From: Thermosulfurimonas dismutans
GTDB taxonomy: Bacteria; Desulfobacterota; Thermodesulfobacteria; Thermodesulfobacteriales; Thermodesulfobacteriaceae
Direction: 5' to 3'
Assembly (NCBI RefSeq): GCF_001652585.1
Contig: NZ_LWLG01000005.1
Coordinates: forward strand, 65,895 to 97,894
Length of the DNA stretch: 32,000 nt
The notes beneath the pieces were generated by a model. The model made no database searches, had not been told where the DNA came from, and saw only the letters and a program-made list of their open reading frames with translations. Position 1 is the first letter of the stretch; every line of letters begins with the position of its first letter. Both the position numbers and the translations under genes were made by a program. Of this stretch, positions 1-7,420 are shown piece by piece.

Positions 1-900
1 ATCTAAACGGGCTTTCATAATAGGGCCCAGCAGGTCAAGCCGCCTTATGTCGAGCCACCGTTCATCCGGCCAATCTTTTAAAGGTTTACCTAAAACCTCC
101 TCCGAAAATTTGGAAGCGTCTGGACGCCATGGCTCATAAGTTCCGGCACTAAAATAACATATCACTTTCCGTCCCCGGCGATGGAGTTCCTGTATCACTT
201 CCACCGGGGTTCCAAAAAGATCCACATCAAACATTTCTGCCTCTACCGAAGTATCTATCTCGCCGGTTAGTTGCCATTGCCATGTGGTTCCCGGAGCCGG
301 TTTCCAGATCTCTTTTCCGGAACCGAAATCTATCAGGCCCAAAGCCTTTCGCAGAATCACCAGAGCATCACCGATGATGATTTGACCATCCGGATTCGGC
401 TGCTGGTTTTTTCCCAGCGGGGCTACATCGGCGTGACACCGATCCTCCTCCGTCACTATCTCAAGCCCTAGGGCGAAGCGCAGGGCTAACACGGCGTCAC
501 CAATATTTACCTGTCCGTCTCGTGATCCCTGTGGAGCCACATCGCCGTCGGGGATACATTCTGGCCCGTTTTTACACTCTCCAGCATAGGCCACATTTAC
601 TCCTGCCAGATGGGCCTCACAGGCATTGGCATAAGTTCGTCCATCGCACCCACAAACCGGATCATATACTTGAATACAGACTTCTGGAAGAGGAACACAC
701 GTTCCTGAACCACCACAACCCTCCTTCCGCCAGCAGAATTCACCTTTTTTACAATCCTGATTAGAAAAACAACCTGGGTATATTTCTTTACATCGCCCGG
801 GAGTTAAAAGAAAACCCAAAATGACTAAACCACACAGAACAAGATTAGATAGGATCTGAGCAAAAATTCTATAACTATACGGTCCAGTCCTGATCCCCAT
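1..900 (-). CDS. Secreted Kazal-like / dockerin-like / GH114-like (endo-alpha-1,4-polygalactosaminidase family) protein; 3' end lies beyond the window
   Basis: This gene is absent from the ORF track because it runs off the window. Manual minus-strand translation from the ATG at 900-898 gives 300 codons with no stop. It starts MGIRTGPYSYRIFAQILSNLVLCGLVILGF (signal/TM-like). A Kazal pattern follows at ~574-699 (VCIQVYDPVCGCDGRTYANACEAHLAGVNVAYAGEC), then a dockerin-like module at 325-558. The rest reads WQWQLTGEID..KVICYFSAGTYEPWRPD..WPDERWLDIR, which resembles the GH114/TM1410-type fold. A GGTGA Shine-Dalgarno sequence lies just upstream of the ATG. Confidence 0.8.
   Translation of the reverse strand, partial: MGIRTGPYSYRIFAQILSNLVLCGLVILGFLLTPGRCKEIYPGCFSNQDCKKGEFCWRKEGCGGSGTCVPLPEVCIQVYDPVCGCDGRTYANACEAHLAGVNVAYAGECKNGPECIPDGDVAPQGSRDGQVNIGDAVLALRFALGLEIVTEEDRCHADVAPLGKNQQPNPDGQIIIGDALVILRKALGLIDFGSGKEIWKPAPGTTWQWQLTGEIDTSVEAEMFDVDLFGTPVEVIQELHRRGRKVICYFSAGTYEPWRPDASKFSEEVLGKPLKDWPDERWLDIRRLDLLGPIMKARLD
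325..558 (-). other. Dockerin-like module (internal, between the Kazal-like and GH114-like domains)
   Basis: CIPDGDVAPQGSRDGQVNIGDAVLALRFALGLEIVTEEDRCHADVAPLGKNQQPNPDGQIIIGDALVILRKALGLIDF (manual translation). Confidence 0.75.
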
Positions 901-925
901 TCACCAATCAGATTATTTTGTATTT

Positions 926-3496
926 TTACCAGTTAACCAGTCCCAGAGCCTTTCTCAAGATTACCACCGCATCGCCAATGGTAATTTTACCGTCAGGCTG
1001 TGGCTTACCATCCTGTCCAAGCGGAGCCACATCCGCATGGCACAAATCCTCATCCGAGGGCCTCTCAAGCCCCAGGGCGAACCGTAAGGCTACCAGGGCA
1101 TCCCCGATGTTCACCTGACCATCACGGTTACCCAGCGGGGCTACGTCACCGTCAGGGGTGCACGTCCTTTTATATAAGGCTTTTACCACCGGCAATCTTA
1201 CCCCTAAATATTGATCTACAGGGGTAAAATCGTAGTATTTTTGAACAAAATCAGTTCTCAGGTGAAGCAAGGCGTACTTATCAGCATTATGAATGGAATA
1301 ACAAAAAAAGCCTTCCTCTAACTCACCAATGGGTTGCGCCACCGTAATACGGAAACTGGAGTCTTCAGGAGGCGGCGGAAGATACCACTCTGCTGGCCCT
1401 GTTATAGGTTCAACGGTAATAAAAGACGTAAATGGCCTGAAATCAAAACATATTTTTTCTTGGTAAACAAAAATCTCTGGAATAGGAGAAAAATTATTTA
1501 TTTCTTGGTAAAGCATGGCTTCAGGAGAAAAATCCCAATTATTTATTTCCGCAGAGTAAATAACCGAGGCGCCGTTGTACTGGGTAAGATTCAAAAGGTA
1601 GGAAGTTTCTGGCTCAAAGACCAGAAGGAAATCTCGTCCGGCTTCAGACAAGAGAGGGAGTCCACCCGTTGAGTCTTTCACCTGTCGCACAAAGAGTCGG
1701 ATTGATTTTAGATCGTTATTTTTAAATTCCTTGAGACTAAATGATTGCTGACTGTGAACCCGTATTTTGCGGGTGGGATGGGCTGATCCATTTACATAAA
1801 CTAGGACGAAATAGTCGCCAGACCCCTGTAGGCTGAACTCTAAGTTCTCCCTCTCCAATAGTTTCAATTCGGGAGGGTTGAAAGAAGGAATATTTTCATT
1901 AGTCCAGATAAAAAGTTTCTGCCATAGTTCGTCGTTATTATAGCCGAAAATCTGTGGAAAAACTTCTTCATGGGTTTGATAGGCAAGCAGGTTCCAGTAC
2001 TGAACGATTTTATCTTGCGGCTCTTTCACCCAAAAGATGGGGAAAATAATACCATTTAGGGAAGTGGACATGGTATAACATTCAGTAGCCGCTCCTCCAC
2101 AACGGTAAAATATCTCATCGGATCTCAGGTGTATAAAGTTTTCCAGCACACGGCTTGCCTCAAAAACCTCTTTAGCTGTGGCGTGGCGGGAATCTTGAGA
2201 ATAGCCGTAACCAGGGTTTCCAGCAAAAGTTACGACCAACCCTTCATTCCGCCACATAGGTATGATTTCATTTTCACCTCCAAAGGCCCGCGATAAATTG
2301 AGTATATGATCAAGAGCATGGGCTAATTCGTGTAAAAGTGTGTCCGCTGACGCGATGCCTGAAGAAATAGCTCCCAAAAGATGCCAAAAAGGTACTCCTG
2401 TTATATAACTTGCTAGCATCACGTTATTAGAACAATTATAATAATTGTCGTCGGAATTTCCGGATTCCAAATTACACAACTCTCTGGCAAAATTTATGTC
2501 AGTTGAATAATAATAGACAGCAATATTGGGAGCCCAATCCTTTTCAAATCCCCAGTATTTGAAGTACCCGGTATCTTTGGCTCTTTGAGAGTATTTTAAA
2601 AGCCTCTCCGCATAGGGTTTTATAAAAGACTTACTTTTTGGCCAGTAAACCACAAAGTTTTCACTAAAGAGACTGGATATTTCCGTAGTTGGTGGGCCAA
2701 CCACAACTACTGATTCAAAACATTCTTTCTCGTCTTCACTACAGACCTTGGGATAGTAAATGCCTGAACTACGGTATGAGTGATAGAATTCGCTTACTCT
2801 TGAATCAGTTTCAGTAAGACGGCTATCGAATTCTCCATCACCTTCAAAATCGAGTTTCAACTCGGGACAGAAATCGAAACACCAGATTTTAAAACGCATC
2901 TTTGCTCCTTGAAGAACGATACCCGGTTGTGGTTCAAATCTTTCAAGTTTAAAGGAACCTTCTCTAACAAAACGAATAAAGGGTCTCGGAACAAGACCAG
3001 AATTGTCGACACCTCCATAAGGATGATCTTCTCCCCACTCTAAACGCCACAACCATCTATCTCTTGAAACCATCCAGAATCCATCTTTTGGCCAGACGGG
3101 AGAATCTGCTATTACGGCCTGGCGATAGCCTTCGGCTTCCTGAAAATCGATTTTCAAATAAAAAAGCTTCTTTTGATCCAATTTGGGAACAGGAACCCTA
3201 AGCCATCCCGGCCCTTGGGATAAGGCTTCACCAACTTTTGTTTTAGATATGATTTCACTACCATTGATGGAAATCTCGTAGACCAAAAGTTTCGTTCCCG
3301 GAGCGTTCACAAGAACTTCAATGGCTACGGTGTTTTCGGGTGCTTCCACAACGATACCGGTGGTATCGCCCCATTCGGAAAGAGCAAAAGATCTTAAGGG
3401 CGGTATTGAGGTGGCATAAAACGGATAAAATACTTCTTGAGCGGCAACAGTTTGACACAAAACAAACAAAGAGAGAAATAAAAGAAAAGCTACCAT
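926..3496 (-). CDS. Secreted peptidase-MA-like (HExxH) protein with C-terminal dockerin-like module
   Basis: The ORF is 856 aa with a signal-like N-terminus (MVAFLLFLSLFVLCQTVAAQE). HELAHALDH is followed ~25 aa later by PMWRNEGL, a gluzincin / peptidase_MA-like arrangement (from family knowledge). The last 78 aa are the dockerin-like module. It is a full-length paralogue of 7421..10051. Its ATG overlaps the upstream stop (ATGGTAG, 3490-3496), suggesting translational coupling. Confidence 0.85.
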   Translation of the reverse strand: MVAFLLFLSLFVLCQTVAAQEVFYPFYATSIPPLRSFALSEWGDTTGIVVEAPENTVAIEVLVNAPGTKLLVYEISINGSEIISKTKVGEALSQGPGWLRVPVPKLDQKKLFYLKIDFQEAEGYRQAVIADSPVWPKDGFWMVSRDRWLWRLEWGEDHPYGGVDNSGLVPRPFIRFVREGSFKLERFEPQPGIVLQGAKMRFKIWCFDFCPELKLDFEGDGEFDSRLTETDSRVSEFYHSYRSSGIYYPKVCSEDEKECFESVVVVGPPTTEISSLFSENFVVYWPKSKSFIKPYAERLLKYSQRAKDTGYFKYWGFEKDWAPNIAVYYYSTDINFARELCNLESGNSDDNYYNCSNNVMLASYITGVPFWHLLGAISSGIASADTLLHELAHALDHILNLSRAFGGENEIIPMWRNEGLVVTFAGNPGYGYSQDSRHATAKEVFEASRVLENFIHLRSDEIFYRCGGAATECYTMSTSLNGIIFPIFWVKEPQDKIVQYWNLLAYQTHEEVFPQIFGYNNDELWQKLFIWTNENIPSFNPPELKLLERENLEFSLQGSGDYFVLVYVNGSAHPTRKIRVHSQQSFSLKEFKNNDLKSIRLFVRQVKDSTGGLPLLSEAGRDFLLVFEPETSYLLNLTQYNGASVIYSAEINNWDFSPEAMLYQEINNFSPIPEIFVYQEKICFDFRPFTSFITVEPITGPAEWYLPPPPEDSSFRITVAQPIGELEEGFFCYSIHNADKYALLHLRTDFVQKYYDFTPVDQYLGVRLPVVKALYKRTCTPDGDVAPLGNRDGQVNIGDALVALRFALGLERPSDEDLCHADVAPLGQDGKPQPDGKITIGDAVVILRKALGLVNW
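929..1162 (-). other. Dockerin-like module (C-terminal, 78 aa)
   Basis: CTPDGDVAPLGNRDGQVNIGDALVALRFALGLERPSDEDLCHADVAPLGQDGKPQPDGKITIGDAVVILRKALGLVNW. It consists of two related half-segments, each a loop plus an amphipathic helix. Confidence 0.75.
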
Positions 3497-4974
3497 GTTA
3501 TCAACCCCAATGCCTTCCGTAAAATTACTAGAGCGTCACCGATAGTTATCTGTCCATCCGGTGCCGGTACACCGTTTTCAATAGGAGCCACGTCCGCATG
3601 GCACTTATCCTCATCGCTTGGTGTCTCAAGCCCTAAAGCAAACCGCAGGGCCACCAGGGCGTCCCCAATGTTCACCTGACCGTCACGGTTCCCCAACGGG
3701 GCCACGTCGCCGTCGGGGGTGCAGTTCCCCCAACCGGGCCAAATGGCGGTATCTGTTTCGCTTATACGGAGGCGGAGCGTACGACCATCAGAAAGCTCGA
3801 AAGAAACCGTCTCTCCCAGTGTTCCATTTAGAGAAATTTTCAAAGTGTTTAAATCTATAAAATCCGCCGAAACAGAAACTCCTGAAGGATACCTATACCG
3901 ATAACTTCTGATAAGATCGGTGCCATTGGCCGGCACAAAATAAAAAGCATATGTCTGCCCTGAGCGTACCGGCAATTCTATATCGAAAGCATCAATCCTA
4001 TAATAAGGAAATTCGAGACTACGAGTGTAAAATTCCCAGGAAAAATCTTTTGTCTCTCCGTCTATGTTAAAAATAGCTTCTACGGTATATTTCTCTCCCC
4101 ATTCGAGTCTACTTTGAGGAAAAAGGGCAAATTCAAAAGCGGAAAATCTCCTGTTTGGATCAGAGGCTTCATCCATTAACAAAGTAGAAACCAAATTTCC
4201 CGCAGAATCATAAAGGTTAAAGCTGAACATTTGTACGGTATTTACTTTGTAAGGATTGAATTGTACGGAAATCGGATATCCGCTTACGCTTCGATCCGGC
4301 AAAGGATCAGGAAACTCTTCATAGAAGACCGGAGGAACGGTGTCTCCGGGAGGAGGCCATCTCACCACGAGAGGGTTATCGGTAGCCACGATTGAAGGAT
4401 CTTTTCTGGTGCCCAAATCGTAAACATAATAAACGGTTCCTCTATCATCAATAGCTTTTCCGAAACCTATTTCGTCAAAGTAAAAAGATAAAAAACCAAA
4501 GCGATGGTATATGGCCGAAAAGAGATCGTCTATGGATTCCTGAAAATTTTCCTCCCCCCAGGATAAATTTTCCCCGATTGCTTTATAGTTATAGCCTGCG
4601 GCCGCAGCTCGATCGGCCGGAGTCACACCGGTAAAATAAGGAAGCCCGGGAGTTTCAGTGTGCCCTATGTCCTGGTTGGTGGCTATGTAGCGGGCATGAG
4701 ACTCGGCAGCCTGCGTCAGGGCCTGATTTTCAGAAAAAGGAATCATACCCACCGAAGATCTCAAGGCGTTGAGATATTGGAGATAACTTCCATAAGCCTG
4801 GCGAGTAACACGAGAGGGTCCGTGAAAGAGCGGCCTTTGAAAAATTCTTTCTCGCCAACTCTCAACCCCCGCAAGGTCTCCGGAAAAACCGTGCTCCGGA
4901 AGGAAAGCCGCCCCCCATAAAATCAGTGCAAACCAAAAAACCTTACATAATTTGGGCCAGAGAGACTTTTTCAT
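3490..4974 (-). CDS. Secreted CAP/SCP (PR-1-like) domain protein with C-terminal dockerin-like module
   Basis: The ORF is 494 aa with signal peptide MKKSLWPKLCKVFWFALILWGAAF. A CAP-domain pattern runs at about aa 61-162 (YLNALRSSVGMIPFSENQALTQAAESHARYIATNQDIGHTE..DRAAAAGYNYKAIGENLSWG). An unassigned middle region follows. The terminal 77 aa (3493-3723) are the dockerin-like module. Confidence 0.85.
   Translation of the reverse strand: MKKSLWPKLCKVFWFALILWGAAFLPEHGFSGDLAGVESWRERIFQRPLFHGPSRVTRQAYGSYLQYLNALRSSVGMIPFSENQALTQAAESHARYIATNQDIGHTETPGLPYFTGVTPADRAAAAGYNYKAIGENLSWGEENFQESIDDLFSAIYHRFGFLSFYFDEIGFGKAIDDRGTVYYVYDLGTRKDPSIVATDNPLVVRWPPPGDTVPPVFYEEFPDPLPDRSVSGYPISVQFNPYKVNTVQMFSFNLYDSAGNLVSTLLMDEASDPNRRFSAFEFALFPQSRLEWGEKYTVEAIFNIDGETKDFSWEFYTRSLEFPYYRIDAFDIELPVRSGQTYAFYFVPANGTDLIRSYRYRYPSGVSVSADFIDLNTLKISLNGTLGETVSFELSDGRTLRLRISETDTAIWPGWGNCTPDGDVAPLGNRDGQVNIGDALVALRFALGLETPSDEDKCHADVAPIENGVPAPDGQITIGDALVILRKALGLITW
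3493..3723 (-). other. Dockerin-like module (C-terminal, 77 aa)
   Basis: CTPDGDVAPLGNRDGQVNIGDALVALRFALGLETPSDEDKCHADVAPIENGVPAPDGQITIGDALVILRKALGLITW. Confidence 0.75.
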
Positions 4975-5275
4975 TTTTATACACCAGCCATATATTTGAG
5001 TTAGAACGATCCAAAATAAGTTTCAAAGGGGCAGGTACCTTTTTTGGATACAAAATTACGGGCCTGGAGATTACCAGGGATCTCAAATTGGGCCTCAATT
5101 TTTCCTTTTCCTTATATGCTACCAGCACCTTTCGATTGTTTTCCAAAATCAAAACCTTGAGATCTCTAGCCACCAGTTCTCGAAAGAGCGGGCTATCGAA
5201 AATAAGAACCTTTTCTTTACGCACATAAAAATCCTTAGCCTCGAGATGTACGGTGAAGTTCCCTATATAAAACAC
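4943..5275 (-). CDS. Hypothetical small protein; start uncertain
   Basis: This 110-aa ORF starts at GTG and is co-directional with the cluster. It overlaps the next gene start by 32 nt. The same frame stays open upstream to ~5440 and there encodes a TM-like stretch (FVIILFLGGVFFGVIGWYLL) with no ATG/GTG/TTG. I recognised no family. Confidence 0.4.
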   Translation of the reverse strand: MFYIGNFTVHLEAKDFYVRKEKVLIFDSPLFRELVARDLKVLILENNRKVLVAYKEKEKLRPNLRSLVISRPVILYPKKVPAPLKLILDRSNSNIWLVYKNEKVSLAQIM

Positions 5276-5442
5276 AAAATGGACATCACGGAGATATTTT
5301 CCCGCCGAAGCAAAGCGCGAAAGGGAGTTAGCAGGGGAAACCGACGATTTTTCTGTTGTTTTAAGGTGAAGCAGATACCATCCTATTACACCAAAGAAAA
5401 CACCACCCAGAAATAAAATTATTACAAATTTCTGTTTAAAAG

Positions 5443-7344
5443 TTATGGTCCTATCTCCGGAAGGAATTTTAATGTTTTGCTATCATAGCCAGAAACAGAA
5501 GTGAAGCTAAAATCGAGATAGAATCTATTTCGAGCGTCGCTTCTAACAAGAGAATTGTAAACCCCGGGATACATAATCTCGACTCCGTAAGGTTCTATAG
5601 CAACCCAAGTATTTACGGAACTCCAGAGTCCCATTCCTCCTTCATAAGCATCACAGGAAAATTCATAGTATCTACCACAATTTAGATTTACCTCATAAAA
5701 AAATCCCGGAGCATGGGCCATAAAATCCACCCCGAAGGAGCCGTTTTCGCTGGCCAACCGCGGATTTGATACGTAAACAAAGAAATCACCGCTTGCGTTT
5801 CGTGCGATCTTGACCACGATGCCGTTTTGGTTGTAAAAAATCGGCACTGCACCCCAATCCGTAGCGTTTCCGTCTATCGCTATGTCAGCTTCTGGTATAA
5901 CGTAGGTCTCAAGGGGCTCATCCCAGTCTATCATTTCCACTCCGGATCGGAAAAGCTCTATTCTAGTCCGATTGGCATAATCCATAAAAACATCTCCAAA
6001 AAGAAGAGCCCTAGGCGTGATTTGACCGCTTACAAGATCGTAAACCGTGGCGTTTCCGGTAGAAGTTGCGTATTCTAAATAAATATCGAATTTTCTTTTG
6101 GGGTAATAGTAACCGTCGCCACCGTCCACATAATGCAGGGTCTCGTTGGCGGCTACGATCCAGGCCAATTCGGCTGAAGGATCACTGAAGGCGGTCTCAA
6201 GACTCGCAAGCACCCTTGTCGCGGCCTGGGCTATGACCACCGAGGCTGGATCATCCAGGTTAAAGGCATGGTTCTGTCTGGCCCTGAGCGCCTCTTCCGA
6301 AAGCGTCGCAAATTCGTTCACTATTTCCTCAAAAGTTTGTCTAGCCTGCGAAAAGGCCTGCTTGAATTCTTCAAGTTTGGACGGGTCTCTATAGGTTAGG
6401 AGTTGGGTATTGTTCATAAAAAATGTATATAGGGTTTCGTTGGAAGTTCCGTTAAAGGAAGTGCCATTCAGGGTTCCGTTTGCTACCAGAAGGAGATCCC
6501 TTATATCCGTGCCGTTCACCAACCAGTTGTTAGCGCTTATATCCAGGGATTCGATATAAAGGCAGACGGCCTTCCAGAACTTAGCCAGAAATCGCATGAT
6601 TTTAACATCCAGCGCATCAAAATACACCGTAGTCCCGTCGGGAAAGGTAAGACTGGCCAGATTACCAGCCGCCCGGGTTCCGGAAGCGGCAAGGACCTGC
6701 GAAAACTCGGCATCGGCCTGATCCAGCCTGGAAATCACATCCACCATCACGGTAAGGATTTCTCCGGCATAGTCTGGAGCCGTGAGAAGATTATAGAGAA
6801 TGTTAGCGGAAGAAGCATTGACGGTATCCAGGTCTACCTTGAGAACCTGGTTGAAGAAATCCCGATGATCGTTATACACCGTAAAAAGCAGGCCTGCTCC
6901 TTTCAGGATACGAGCCTCAGAGGTGTTCGGAACGGCATTAAACATATCCAGCAATTGTGTGTAATTTCCTTCCGAGGGATTTTCCAGGAAATCAATCAAG
7001 GCCTCCTTTAGATCTTCTACCGTTGCGGCATTCCAGCTTACGAGCTGAAGGGCCTTGCGCAGGATCACAAGCGCATCCCCGATGGTAATCTTCCCATCGG
7101 GATTCGGCATACCGTCCGCCCCGAGAGGGGCTACATCCGCATGACATGTATCCTCCTGGGTGGGCGCCTCAAGTCCTAAAGCAAAACGCAGAGTAACCAG
7201 GGCGTCACCTATATTCACCTTTCCATCGCGATTCCCCAGCGGAGCCACGTCGCCGTCGGGCGTGCAGAGCGCCAATCCAATGGCCCCAAACATTCCCCAC
7301 CAGGCGAAAAGGATCAAAAGGAACTTTACAAGCCATCCTTTCAT
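5443..7344 (-). CDS. Secreted protein with N-terminal dockerin-like module; remainder unassigned
   Basis: The ORF is 633 aa with signal peptide MKGWLVKFLLILFAWWGMFGAIGLAL. The dockerin-like module (7033-7266) follows immediately. I could not assign the remaining ~530 aa to any family. Confidence 0.85.
   Translation of the reverse strand: MKGWLVKFLLILFAWWGMFGAIGLALCTPDGDVAPLGNRDGKVNIGDALVTLRFALGLEAPTQEDTCHADVAPLGADGMPNPDGKITIGDALVILRKALQLVSWNAATVEDLKEALIDFLENPSEGNYTQLLDMFNAVPNTSEARILKGAGLLFTVYNDHRDFFNQVLKVDLDTVNASSANILYNLLTAPDYAGEILTVMVDVISRLDQADAEFSQVLAASGTRAAGNLASLTFPDGTTVYFDALDVKIMRFLAKFWKAVCLYIESLDISANNWLVNGTDIRDLLLVANGTLNGTSFNGTSNETLYTFFMNNTQLLTYRDPSKLEEFKQAFSQARQTFEEIVNEFATLSEEALRARQNHAFNLDDPASVVIAQAATRVLASLETAFSDPSAELAWIVAANETLHYVDGGDGYYYPKRKFDIYLEYATSTGNATVYDLVSGQITPRALLFGDVFMDYANRTRIELFRSGVEMIDWDEPLETYVIPEADIAIDGNATDWGAVPIFYNQNGIVVKIARNASGDFFVYVSNPRLASENGSFGVDFMAHAPGFFYEVNLNCGRYYEFSCDAYEGGMGLWSSVNTWVAIEPYGVEIMYPGVYNSLVRSDARNRFYLDFSFTSVSGYDSKTLKFLPEIGP
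7033..7266 (-). other. Dockerin-like module (N-terminal, directly after the signal peptide)
   Basis: CTPDGDVAPLGNRDGKVNIGDALVTLRFALGLEAPTQEDTCHADVAPLGADGMPNPDGKITIGDALVILRKALQLVSW. Confidence 0.75.
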
Positions 7345-7420
7345 TATTTCCCCCCACTTACTAAAGCTTTCTAAAATCAGCTACCAGGCAGGAATAACTC
7401 CCACCGGGCAGCCAAATCGC

